64,000 bases of DNA from Octopus bimaculoides (lineage: Eukaryota): the NCBI RefSeq assembly GCF_001194135.2, contig NC_068985.1, forward strand, positions 2,332,320 to 2,396,319, given 5' to 3'. Positions within the stretch are counted from its first letter, which is position 1; each line of letters begins with the position of its first letter. The notes under the pieces are model-generated. The model worked only from the letters and a program-made list of their open reading frames with translations. It did no database searches and had not been told where the DNA came from. The position numbers and the translations under genes were made by a program. Shown piece after piece: positions 26,107 through 38,510 of the stretch.

Positions 26107-26340
26107 TCACCATTCATACCTGAATATCGCTTTGTGTGAAACTGACGCCTTGGCCTGTCTTGATCGGGGTGACATGTTCCAAAATACTGCCTCTGGAGAT
26201 AAAATGCGTTCCCTCTCTGCTCTGACCTTGATCTTCTGAGGGTGTCTTTCCATGATTCCATTTCCACTCGATCTGTATGCTGCTCTGAAGAAGTGGTGCA
26301 GATTCCACTTATCAAACATCTTTCAGCACCTCCGAACGAG
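26107..26340 (-). mobile_element. Gypsy/Ty3 LTR retrotransposon integrase core fragment
   Basis: FDKWNLHHFFRAAYRSSGNGIMERH...EAVFWNMSPR...IFRYEW fits the AYxPxxNGxxER integrase motif. Confidence 0.75.
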
Positions 26341-26600
26341 GTGCTGAAAGAAATATTTTGTATCTTTTCATTTGTCTTGCTCGCTTTACGTTCTGGCGTT
26401 TGCCGAATTTTCTTGAGAACAATTTTTCTTAGTGGTTAGATCATATGGCGTCTGCCTTTAGCATATCAGGAATCTACCTAGTAATATATGTAATATAATT
26501 TTCTGAATCTTCAGATTTTTTTCTATATGCTAGGCCACTGGTTTAAATTGATATTAATTTAATTAATATTAATTTTTACTCACATTATTTAAATTTTGTA

Positions 26601-27965
26601 TTACGTTGACAACTAAGTTCCCGCCGTTTTTTTTTAATTAAAATTTTTTAAAAGGTTTAATAAAAGTTAACAACTAATTAATCAATAATGTATTCACCCT
26701 TGTTGTTTACAACTTCTTCCCAAGGTTCAACAAGATTTTCAGTACCTCGTTGGTAGAAATCACCTGATTTTGACTCGAAAAATGGATCCAACCAAGCTCT
26801 CAATTCTGCATCAGTATTGAACAAAACTCCACGCATAGCATTTGAAAGAGATCAAAAGAGGCGGAAATCCGTTGGTGCCAAATCAGGAGAGTACGGCGGG
26901 TGTGGCAGTACTTCCCAGCCATGCGTTTGAATGGCTTCCTTGGTCATATTGGCGATATGAGGGTGGATGTTGTCGTGCTGCAGAAGAACTCCTTGCTGCC
27001 GATTAGGTATTTTCTCTTGTACAGCCATGTTGAGTCGTTCCATCTGTTGAAGATAGAGTTCTGCGTTGACCGTTTGGCTCCGTTCAAGCAATTCGTAATG
27101 GATAATCCCTTCCCAGTCCCATCATACGCACAACATCGTTTTACGCGGATGAAGGTCTTGTTTCACGCACGGTGTCACTTGTTTACCGGGGCTAAGCCAT
27201 TCCTTACGCTGCTTCATATTGATGTAAAGGCACCATTTTTCATCACCAGTAATGATTTGGTAAAGAAATCGTTGCTTGTGTCCATGAGTTGAGCAGTGAC
27301 AAGCAAGCAAACCAGCAGAGATTGTGGCTCGTTGATTTTTGTTGTTGTCACTTAAAGCATGCGGGNNNNNNNNNNNNNNNNNNNNNNNNNNNNNNNNNNN
27401 NNNNNNNNNNNNNNNNNNNNNNNNNNNNNNNNNNNNNNNNNNNNNNNNNNNNNNNNNNNNNNNNNNNNNNNNNNNNNNNNNNNNNNNNNNNNNNNNNNNN
27501 NNNNNNNNNNNNNNNNNNNNNNNNNNNNNNNNNNNNNNNNNNNNNNNNNNNNNNNNNNNNNNNNNNNNNNNNNNNNNNNNNNNNNNNNNNNNNNNNNNNN
27601 NNNNNNNNNNNNNNNNNNNNNNNNNNNNNNNNNNNNNNNNNNNNNNNNNNNNNNNNNNNNNNNNNNNNNNNNNNNNNNNNNNNNNNNNNNNNNNNNNNNN
27701 NNNNNNNNNNNNNNNNNNNNNNNNNNNNNNNNNNNNNNNNNNNNNNNNNNNNNNNNNNNNNNNNNNNNNNNNNNNNNNNNNNNNNNNNNNNNNNNNNNNN
27801 NNNNNNNNNNNNNNNNCGAAAATGCTCATTTTTCTAAACTTTTTCTAAATTTTTTCTAAACATTTTAATGATCTGAAAATAAACAAAAATTAATTAAAAT
27901 TAACTAGAAAAAAATAGAAAATAGATTCCAAAATTTAAAAAATCTGCGGGAACTTAGTTGCCAAC

Positions 27966-27969
<4 letters not shown>
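26601..27969 (-). mobile_element. Mariner transposon (D,D34D), near full length, gap N 27366-27816
   Basis: TIRs ttacgttgacaactaagttcccgc / gcgggaacttagttgccaacccaa flanked by TA; IITGDEKW, HDN-34aa-YSPDLAPTD; frameshifts. Confidence 0.95.
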
Positions 27970-28002
<33 letters not shown>

Positions 28003-28014
28003 AAAAAATTATAA

Positions 28015-28316
28015 CAATGCAAAGAAAATGGAGAATGTACATAGAATAACCAATATATTTATTATAATAATAGTCAATTCATGTTGCCTACGCACGTTTT
28101 GGTTTTAATTACTTAAATCCATATTTACGTAATTAAATTGCAATTAAATTGCAATGCAACTTAGATACAATGCAAATTAAATGCAATGCAATTTAACTGC
28201 ACAAATATGGATTTAAGTAATTAAAACCGAAACGTGCGTAAGCAACATGAATTGACTATTGTTATAATAAATATATTGATTCTTCTGTGTATTTATTCTC
28301 CATTTACTTTGCATTG
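28015..28316. mobile_element. AT-rich MITE-like long inverted repeat
   Basis: 28015-28126 vs 28203-28316 are reverse complements with scattered mismatches; spacer has aattgc/aatgc repeats. Confidence 0.8.
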
Positions 28317-28574
28317 CTAAAATGTTTTCTTCTATATCTAAAAGATGGAAACATCTATAGCAACAAGTGGGATTTCAAGAGTGCAAGGTACTAATTATCA
28401 GAGAAAAACCAGCAAAAAGCGCTGGTACATATGTACATATGGGATTCCCAGTATCGTCAGTTGATATGGAGGCTAAACCGGTGTACACGTGGATAAATAT
28501 CCCTAGGAAAGAACAAATTCTTTCCACACAAACTTATTTAACACTCGTTATATATATATACATATACAGGACAT

Positions 28575-28825
28575 ATTCTTTGTAAGCCTAGTACTTATAC
28601 TATCGGTCTCTTTTGCCGAACTGCTAAGTTACAGGGACATAAACACACCAGCATTGGTTTTCAAGCGAATGCAGTGGGACATAAACACACACATTTATAT
28701 ACACATATATATGCGATGGGTTTCTTTCAGTTTCCGTCTACCAAATCCACTCACAAGGCTTGCCCAAAGTGCCACGCAGTGGGACTGAACCAAGAACCAT
28801 GCGGTTGAGCGGCAAGCTTCTAACC
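28575..28825 (-). mobile_element. SINE family B
   Basis: tttctttcagtttccgtctaccaaatccactcacaaggc core and gggactgaacc B-box complement. Confidence 0.85.
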
Positions 28826-29589
28826 ACACAACCATACCTGCGCCTATTGATAGAGTTCATATATTTTTTATCCTCTCATTAAAGAAACCATCATCCATTA
28901 TCGTTATCATCAACAATAACAGCTACAAAACAAGAAAAAAATACATTATATCAAGGTTGTGTGAGCAAAGAAAATATTCAACCTGTCCGCGTCCGCTGCT
29001 TATGCAACAATGCTGTATAAGAGTGAATTTATGTAATGTAGCATTTAAACTTTTGTGTACTTAAATATTTTCTTTACAAGGAAATCAAGGTTATACAGAC
29101 AGAGTCAACCCATTCTAAGTTTCCACAATGTTGTCTTTGACTTCACGCATTGTCATAAACGTTGTTGACACCAACTAGAAAAGCAAATTGATAGGTAGGG
29201 CGGAAGTGTAGTTTTCCGGTATATTGCGGGTACTAGATGTCCGGTTAATAAATGTGATTCTATCCCAAAATTGCTGGTTCAAACATGTCATTCATTACCG
29301 GATCTCTAATGTATTCATTAGAGTAGAATTCATAGCGAGGGAAGAGAGGCTAACATAATTTAACGCATCTAAGCCGTCATCATCTGTTAACCTTGTACAT
29401 GTCTTCTAAACCGTTAACTTCTTAATGTCTCAAACACGTTGGCTTGCGGGTAAATATCAAGATTTAAGGGAATAATAAATGGTGGAATAATTAAAGCATG
29501 AACATCAATTGGCACGGGGAGATAATCGAAATGATTATCACCTCATGCTAGCTGATCTACATGCATTGGTCCATCAAATATTCAGTTGG

Positions 29590-30060
29590 ACGTATCATCA
29601 TCATCATCATCATTTTCATCATCGTCATCTTTATCAAAGACATCATCATCATTACCGTCATCGCATAGTCCGCAAACGAATGTCATTAGACACTTGTCCC
29701 CAGCGTTCCCTCTCTTGTATTGCTCTTGGTAGGTTGCTCTTCGTTAGACCAATGTCTTCGACCAGTTGGTCAGTAAATGTAATGGCAGAACGACCCTTAA
29801 GTTGCTTTCTGTGTGTTGATCCCCACATCTGCGTCTGACTCGTTACTTCATCCTTGCTCCAAAAACAGTTTCTGCAGAATCTGTCTTCTTTCTTTTTGAG
29901 CAGAGACAACTCTTGGAAAAGACTACCATAAAGAACCTGGTTTGTTATATGGGGTTGCCATTTGATGTTAGGTACTGCTTTCTTGTATATATTCCATGTA
30001 ATTTCCATTGCAGTGTCTTACAGTCCACATAGTCCAGCCATATAAGGGCGAGGTCTTTTC
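29590..30060 (-). mobile_element. RTE-like LINE 3' end with (GAT)n tail
   Basis: WQPHITNQVLYG...KGRSAITFTDQLVEDIGL...IQERERW; CAT run at 29595-29660. Confidence 0.85.
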
Positions 30061-30068
30061 AAGCAACT

Positions 30069-30750
30069 ATGACTAAAATCTCTGATGGACAAAATGGTGA
30101 AACCGCATGGCATATTACTAGCCAGTGTACGCCACTAGTCCAAAAGGAATATAAGAGACACCATGACAATATAGCCAGGCTTGTCCATTGGATACTTTGC
30201 AATAAGTATGGACTTGACAGAGCAAAAAACTGGTACGACCACAAACGTGTAGGCATCATCGAAAATGGAAATGCAAAGATCCTATGGGATTTTATGATTC
30301 AGTGCAGCCATGAGATAGAGAATAGGAAGCCGGACATAGTCTTAATTGAGAAAGAAAGCAAACTATGCTGGATCATAGATATAGCATGCTCCGCTGACAA
30401 CAAGGTATGCGATAAGGAAGAAAGAAAAGTTGAGAGATATGACAGGTTAGCTTGGGAAGTTAAGCAGTTGTGGTCGATGAAAAAGGTAGCAGTAGTACCA
30501 ATAATTGTCGGAGCCCTAGGAATAGCGAGCAAATATCTCGAGAAGTGCGTGAAACAAATAGGGACTGCAATAAGGGTGGAGCACTTGCAGAAAACAGCAC
30601 TGCTTGGAACCGCTCGAATACTCCAGAAGGTGCTCAACAAATAAGGGATGTTACCTTAGTTCAGTGGTAGTGAACAGCTGACACCGTAGTACATCTCCAC
30701 CGTTAGAAGCTGTGCAAAGGCAATAATGATGATGATGATGATGATGATTA
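30069..30750 (+). mobile_element. R4/Dong-like non-LTR retrotransposon 3' end (zinc knuckle remnant plus PD-(D/E)xK restriction-like endonuclease)
   Basis: ETAWHITSQC..LVQKEYKRHHDNIA..VHW, RKPDIVL..., IIDIAC, KVERY, VPIIVGALG, LLGTARIL; (GAT)n tail 30727-30748. Confidence 0.9.
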
Positions 30751-33155
30751 GAATTTGATAAATTAGGTTAGTTTTGTTTCGAGTGAAGATGAAGTATATC
30801 TAAAACTTCTTTACTCCCCTAAATACTCATAGATTTGCAGCAATTCTCAGGTCGGAATATTCCACTTGAAGAATAAATACTTGGATGTAGACTGCCGATC
30901 AAAACAGCTTTTCTTTTTTAATCCAAAGTCTTTTTTAAAGTTAATTTCATGAGATAATAAAATACTTTGCGAGGAGCGCAGTTGTTGTAACTTACTTTTG
31001 CTTATTGTTGTGAAGTTTTTAGCAGAACGATATCTTCCATTTTGTATTAGTATTGTAACTGTTGGTCTTTTGCAAAATAAAAATGATTGAGGCATGTTAG
31101 ACTTCCTGGTTAAGCCTGACCCTTTCCTGGCTGACCATTTAAATACTCGAGCAAACAAATCTAGGTGGTGTCAATAGAACCCATCTAAAGCAACATGTCA
31201 GGAATTCGTCGATCTCACTGGATCCCGTATATTGGATCAGCTTACCTGTGAAGGCAAAGTACACGCGTTATTCGGCTTTATTAGACTTTACTCTAGATAT
31301 ATCCAATGCAGAACAACTGACTGTGACAGAGCGATGGCGTGGGTTGCGTGGACGGTTGAAAGATTTGTGAAGTTTTGGGGTGTAAAACGTCGTAGTGCCA
31401 AACTGTTGGTTCAAACGTTTACTTGACTTTTTAACCAGAAAATAACATTGATTTGAATGATTGATCTGGTGAATGAGCAGCGTGTATTGGGATCAAGAAT
31501 TAAAGTGCTGAGTGAATGTGGAAATTACGCTCCATGTTTTTCCATTCACTGAATGTTGTCAATGAGCGTAAAGTTTCTTTGAATTTCTGCACAATTTCTT
31601 TTGCTTCTATTTACTTATGGTATTTCTTTTGTGTGATGTTTATTTGTCCATCTGGTCATATTCATTTGTCCATCTGGTCATATTCATTTTCCCATTCTGA
31701 AATGAATGCTATAATCCAGGTGATTAGTAGGAGCAGCAAAAATTCTTTCGCACAGCTTTTCTGTTGGAAAATATGTCTGGGAAAATGTTTCAAATAACAC
31801 GGATCAGATGAGAGAATGTTGACAACAGGCTTGTGCTTGATTTTCAACAATGGATTTAGAAATAGAAATAATGGTCAAATCAGAGTGTTTTCAAGTGACC
31901 AGTGTTTTCTAGCAATGTTCNNNNNNNNNNNNNNNNNNNNNNNNNNNNNNNNNNNNNNNNNNNNNNNNNNNNNNNNNNNNNNNNNNNNNNNNNNNNNNNN
32001 NNNNNNNNNNNNNNNNNNNNNNNNNNNNNNNNNNNNNNNNNNNNNNNNNNNNNNNNNNNNNNNNNNNNNNNNNNNNNNNNNNNNNNGAAAGCATATAAAG
32101 AGAAGAGGTTTATGTTGAAGTACCTTTATCAACTTCAGTTGTTTAAATCCGAAGAATGAGGTCATTAAAACCTTGTCAAATCATTCCAATAACATCCAGG
32201 AGAAAGTTTCAGTGAAGAATTTACGTAGTTTATAGAACTGCTTAAATTTTGTGTTGTTTCTGTTATTGGTGCCAAAAATGAGACTGTGAAGAATTACAGT
32301 TTTACTGACATTTCTTTGGAGATTATAAAACATCCTCTGCATCTTTGTCGCTCACCTTCAGAGGGGGAAAAAAAGTGGAGTGGGGGGGTCAAAAGCAGTG
32401 GTGGCTCGTAGATAAAATTCGTAGGGGTGTCGCTTCAGAAAACTTTTAGCCGTTGTTTTAATATTATGTAAAAGGAAATAAACATATAAAAAGAATATTT
32501 ATACATAAACTTGATCAGTTCGTGTTTTATCCACTGCCAGGTAATGTGTTTAATTTGTTCACTGAACATCACCGTGAATTCCCCCTTGTTTTTCAAAAAT
32601 TCCCCCAAAATCACAAAGTAAGGGAAGTAAATGAGCACTGTTTTTCAAATCCTGACAGCAACACTGAAGCTGGAATCAGGATAATAATCTAATTCTACAC
32701 TTTATCACAATCAAGAATATAAACACGTTTTTAAGCACAACATATGCAGAGTCAAAAAGAAATACTACTTTCCACCGGAACACCGGGGTTGGTACTGTCG
32801 TTCATGCAGTGCTCTGTCTCCCTCGCGTGAAGCTTCTTATCTCGAACATGTGAGTATACACACAACAGCCAAACACCGCGTCGCTGGAATTGTGAAGCGC
32901 ACAGTTCTATATAAGGATTTCTGTATTGTTTTCGTAAACTAGGGGATGGCCACTGACATTAAGCTTAAGGATTATATAATGTACAAGTATAAAGAAAGAA
33001 TTAAAGAAAAGTATACACGAACCGTCACTGGTCAAAAGCTAATAAAGGACCACTGTGGTTCAAAACTTATTGAATAATCTCAATAAAGATTGAACTTAAA
33101 CTTCCGCATGAAACAGAAGTTTCCAGTTTGATGAAAGGGTTTGCCAATGATAATT

Positions 33156-33424
33156 CAGCGGTTCTCAACAGGAGCTCATATGACCCTTTAGGGGTGGGGC
33201 TGAGGGTTCATATAAGACTTTGTTGTTAAGATTTATCAGCAATAAATAGATTATACTCCTTCAATACACAAAATACTTTAACAACTTTTTTTTTTATACA
33301 ATTCCTAATATTAAATTATAAAAGAATAATGGAATTTGTTGAACATGGAATGGGCATTAGGGTCCAGCAGAGTGACATAAGGACCAAAAAGCCTCCATGG
33401 GCAAAAAATGGTTGAGAACCTCTA
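33156..33424. mobile_element. hAT-type MITE
   Basis: Termini cagcggttctcaac ... gttgagaacctcta typical of Charlie/MER5-like elements; TSD not resolved. Confidence 0.65.
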
Positions 33425-35529
33425 AATTAAATCCCCAAAATGTAACATTTAAATTGTTGTTTAATGTATAACATTTGATGTTATAATATCTATGCGTATC
33501 ATTTTATGGGTATTTAATAAATCATTATTAATAAAAAAAGAAATAACATGTATATGTATTTTATTACTTCAGGGTCGGTGCCGCCTTAATCCGGTAATTA
33601 TAAATCCTCACAGTATCACTGATTGATTGCTTCATCACTTTGTAGTTTTTAAGGGGAAGTGGAGGTTGAGCGTGTCTGGACAAGTCATTCTGAACGCATA
33701 GTATTGAAGTATGGTGACAAATGCTTGAAAATTTCTCTGTAAGACAGGCCTCAGTATTTCGATCCGTTCCTAAACATCATTGTTGTTTAGTCTCAGTTCT
33801 ATCCTTTTGCAGCTAACTTATGATCAAATGTGTTCAAGCCATACCTATACTATTTCTGTCTTTCCTTGCTTAAGATTGTAATTTGATAGGGGTTTATCTT
33901 CTATTTCTCCATGGGAAAACGGAGAAACTCTGCTATTGTTTTGGCGATTAGTAACTCTGTTAATCGTCACCATTAGCTTATCACTAATCGTCGCCACTAG
34001 CTTATCACTAAGCTCGCACATTCAGACTACACCTTTATTCCTTCTGTCATCATTGTTATTATATCACGGCCTCCCACATCCACACTTATCACGTCTCCAA
34101 ACTCTTCCTCCTTGGAACCGTAATCTCTGGAATTATGTTCCCACCTGAGTATTTCCTGTAAGCATCAACTGCTCCCTTTTCGAATACTCTAAGAGACTTC
34201 GAAGATCATAGATTTTAGACATTATCACAAAAGTTAATTGCAACGCTTAAAACTTAAGAGATTCTTGGAATAAGACTGTTTCTTTCTGGATTCTCACGGA
34301 ACAAATAAATAATGGCTTTGACTGTATCAAATTATTTTCCTCATTTCAAAAAATTGAATTTCGATAATTCTCAACAAATTTTAGTTTTATGTACCGAATT
34401 TCCACACTGTCATTTTCTGCTAATGAAAAACAACTACCATATTCCTAGTAAAGGACCTAAATTTAACCTAAAGACAATGGAGACAACATATAGATCAGTT
34501 TGTGTTGCAAAGTCAAGAAATTACTCAATCATATTATTATCAGATTTAGTTGTATTCAAAACAATGAACGCTGTATGTCAATTACTTTTTCCTAGAAATG
34601 TCCACACTTTCTTAAGCAATTATGAAAACCTCGGGTAAATCTGGCCACAGAACCGATATTCTCCTTTATAATCCAATAACATAATTTCATAAGTCTTGTT
34701 TTACACGAATAGTTTTATAACAAGCAACTGAACATTTTCCGGATGACTTTCAGCAACTTATCTTCCGATGTGCTTTCATGTAGTCCTTATAGAGACTCGT
34801 GAAATTCCAAGCTATGATAGGTTTCCAATACAGACCAATGTCCTGAGTGGGGAAAAGTATTAGAAAAGTTTCTTTCGGTTTTCTTTGACTTGTCGGTCTG
34901 CTTTTTGTGAGGTATTTTTTATGGCATAATACCCACAGCATCAACTCAAGCATCTCTGCGAACATTTTCCCATACATGATTCTTGATATAGTTTTGGAAG
35001 TTATTGTAAAATCACTTTGTGATCTGAAATGAATATGTGCAAAAACTGTGCAATGTTAGCGCAGTTGTGCAGAACTTGTGAAATCTGACCAAATGCAAAA
35101 CCTGTGAAGAATAACCAAGCCACAGTGAATAGTTGCTTAGCCACACTTTCTGGAATTTATGTGTTTCCTATGCATCGTTTTCAAATAATATTTTGCTTGA
35201 AGTGTGTAATGCTCAACCAGAAGATTGTCTTTAGATTGTCTGTTAGTTTTGTATCTTTTTTTTTTTCTTCAGTGAATTAACATACAATCAGTTGTCCAAT
35301 ACTATTGTCACTTGGCTATTGTTGGTGCACTTATTGTGACTAACATTGTTTACTGCTGCACTTGTAGTGATTGCAGCTGTTAGGTCGATGAATGAAATAT
35401 GTTTCTTGGGATGAGCGAGGAAGTAACTGAGCAACACCCGCCAACAATTAACAGAAGCTGGCCGTAATAAATAATTATTCATCGCACGTAAAGAGAAACT
35501 GTATCAATCTTTTACAGATACTAACAGCA

Positions 35530-35740
35530 ATAATTCCATCCTGAGAGAGAAGGGAAAACCATTCCACGTTCGAAGAAGTTACGTTTTGTGAATATTTTGT
35601 GAATATTTAGCTGGGTTTGTTCAAGAACCTAGAGATGTCTGCACAAGTATCTGGAACCTTCTGATGTGGCAAGAATAGAGACACATATCAGCTGCCTCAA
35701 TATTCTACAATTAATTATCGCCAAAAGCGGTTCTTGTATA
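35530..35740 (+). repeat. Unclassified dispersed repeat (also 45465-45810 + and 59055-59330 -)
   Basis: Shared gagaacct(g/a)gagttgtctgcac...tggcaaga...caattaatt. Confidence 0.6.
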
Positions 35741-35769
35741 GGGCACAAGAAGAACATTGTTCTTTTATG

Positions 35770-36320
35770 TTCTTTTACTTGTTTCAGTCATTTCGACTGC
35801 GGCCATACTGGAGCACCGCCTTTAGTCGAGCTAATAGACCCCGGGACTTATTCTTTGTAAGCCTAGTACTTATTCTATCGGGCTCTTTTACCGGACCGCT
35901 AAGTTACTGGGACGTAAACACACCAGCATTGGTGGTAAAGCGATGTTGGGGGGGTGGATACACACAAACACACACACACACACACACACGCACACATACA
36001 CANNNNNNNNNNNNNNNNNNNNNNNNNNNNNNNNNNNNNNNNNNNNNNNNNNNNNNNNNNNNNNNNNNNNNNNNNNNNNNNNNNNNNNNNNNNNNNNNNN
36101 NNNNNNNNNNNNNNNNNNNNNNNNNNNNNNNNNNNNNNNNNNNNNNNATATATATATATATATATACGAAGGGCTTCTTTCCGTTTCCGTCTACCAAATC
36201 CACTCACAAGGCTTTGGTCGGCCTGAGGCTATAGTAGAAAACACTTGCCCAAGGTACCGTGCAGTGGGACTGAACCCGCAACCATGTGGTTGGTTAGAAA
36301 GCTACTTACCACACAGCCAT
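35770..36320 (-). mobile_element. SINE family B spanning gap in its internal microsatellite (N 36003-36147)
   Basis: Tail gtttcagtcatttcgactgcggccat, head complement ccacacagccat. Confidence 0.9.
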
Positions 36321-36614
36321 TCCTTGAAGATTGAATCATGCGATAACTCAACACTGATTGATTGTTTAATGCTTGAAACGACTGTGGTTCGGTTTCGAAT
36401 CACTGCTACACTACCAAAAAGGCAAGAATAGGCACATCGACTGAAATCTCTTGTTGACTCTGAATGTTATTTTGCCTCAAATGGGCAAATGAATTACGAA
36501 TAATGAATTACGAATAATCAGGTGAATGATGTATTCTTACTCTAATAAAAGTTTCTTTGACATATTACACCGAGCTCAGAGGGGACATGCTGCTTGGTAT
36601 CGGCCATACTTCTA

Positions 36615-37891
36615 TTAGGTTGTCAAGAAAGTTCTTGTGGTTTTTAACCTTTAAATTCAGATGCACACATCTCGGCTCAGATAAAACTTCATTAGTCGAA
36701 ATAAACACCATCAGAATCAACACACTTTCGCCAACACGAAACAAGTTTATTTATGCCAGTTGCATAAAAATCCTACGTTTTGGTGGCGATGAAGTTGTTG
36801 AAGGCGTGTTTGGCATCGTCTTGGTTTTTGAAGCATTTCTCACGCAGTTGTCGAGATGCTTGAAAAAGTGGTAGTCGGTGGGCGAGAGATCTGATGAGTA
36901 TGGCGGATGACGCAGAGTTTCGTAGCCCAATTCGTTCAACTTCTGCAGGGTCAGTTGTATGACGTGCAACCGAGCGTTGTCGTGGAGAAGAATTGGTCCT
37001 TTTCTATTGACCAATGCTGGCTGTTGTCGGAGTTTCTTATGCATTTCATCCATTTGCTGACAGTACTTCTCCGCCGTAATGGTTTCGCCTGGATCCAAAA
37101 GGCTGTGATGGATGAGACCGGCTGCAGACCACCAAACAGTCACCATGACCTTCTTTTGGTGCAACTTTGGCTTCGTGAAGTGCCGCGGAGCTTCGTCGGC
37201 GTCCAACCATTGAGCTGAGCGTCGCTGGTTGTCGTAAAGAATTCACTTTTCATTGCAAGTCACAATCCGGTCGAGAAACGAGTCGTTCTTGTTGCGTAAA
37301 AGAAGGGAAGACGACACTTCAAAACGGTGGGTTTTTTTGTTTTTTTCAATTCGTGCGGCACCCATTTCTCAAGTATTTTTATTTTTCCAATCTCTTTCAA
37401 GTGATTGGAAATTGTCGTATATGTTACGTCTAATTCAGAAGCAAGCTCTCGAACAGTTGTGCATGGATTGGCTTAGACTAAGGCTCTTAGTTGATCGCTG
37501 TCAACATCCGATGGCCGACCACTATGCCTATCATCTTCAAGACTTTCGTCACCGTTACGAAATTTCTTGAATCGCCATTGTGCTGTACATTCATTTGTGG
37601 TTCCTGAGTCAAACGCATCGTTGATATCGCGACCTGTTTCTGCAGCTTTTCGGCCTAGCTTGAACTGGAATAAGAAAATTGTGCAAATTTGCTTTTTGTC
37701 CATGTTGTATTCAACGTTCCGGAAAAATGGCCTAATTATTCAAAAAGAAGAAGAGTAGCACGATTAGATAGAGCGAAAAGCGGACTTTAAAATGATATAT
37801 AAAATCAAAGTAGTTTAATGAAAATTAATTTGAAAATACATCATTTAAAACCAAAATTTTAAATTCCGCGAGAACTTTCTTGACAACCTAA
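36615..37891 (-). mobile_element. Full-length cecropia-subfamily (Hsmar1-like) mariner, inactive
   Basis: TIRs ttaggttgtcaagaaagttct / agaactttcttgacaacctaa with TA TSD; MDKKQICTIFLFQFKLGRKAAET; HDN-34aa-SPTD; first catalytic D reads N (TCNEK*). Confidence 0.95.
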
Positions 37892-38069
37892 TATAAAGAA
37901 AGATCTCGATGGGTATTACACCACAAGACTGGTTTCGGTAGCTTCTACAAGTAACTTATGACAACATTCTGACGTCTCTCTGGGGAAGCATTTGTCTTTT
38001 ATCTACTTATTTCGAAGAAAGTGGAATTAGATATCAACGTAATTGATTCCAGTAAATCAGAAAACATTA

Positions 38070-38510
38070 GTACCTTTAGAAAATTACTATTTGTAAATCT
38101 CACAACGAGAGATATACAGCAACAATACTTTGGAGTAAAGTTTATTTGCCAACTCAACATGGCAGTCCTGGTTTGGGACGAATGTTGCTGTAATTTAGCC
38201 CCAGGAGACATCGTCTCCAGCTGGCTATACGACACGATGTGTGTCCTTATATTTTCGAGCAAGGGAATCTAGCACATCCACTCAGCTCAAAACAATATCT
38301 GTGTATCGCGATTTCCGAGATATTTCCCTTCATCGGTACAGAATAATCGCGATACACAGATATTGTTTTGAGCTCAGTTGAGGTGCTAAATTCTCTTGTT
38401 CGAAAACATAAGGACACAGATCGTGTCGTATAACCAGCTGGAGACGATGGCTCTTGGGGCTAAATTACAGCAACATTCGTCCTAAATCAGGACTGCCATG
38501 TTATGTTGGT
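38070..38510. mobile_element. Fold-back element with hammerhead ribozyme at the hairpin apex
   Basis: Arms about 38133-38311 vs 38346-38510 are reverse complements. Confidence 0.9.
38298..38342 (-). ncRNA. Minimal type I hammerhead motif, same family as 22507 (U4C core change)
   Basis: TCTGTA-CCGATGA-A-GGG(AAATAT)CTC-G-GAAA-TCGCGA-TA^CACAGA; palindromic helix III ATCGCGAT. Confidence 0.6.

Noticed and set aside
22031-26515. CTGACGA-TGTA-GAAA (22033 +) and CTGAAGA-TTCA-GAAA (26500 -)
   Set aside because: No helix I complementarity; consistent with chance in AT-rich DNA.
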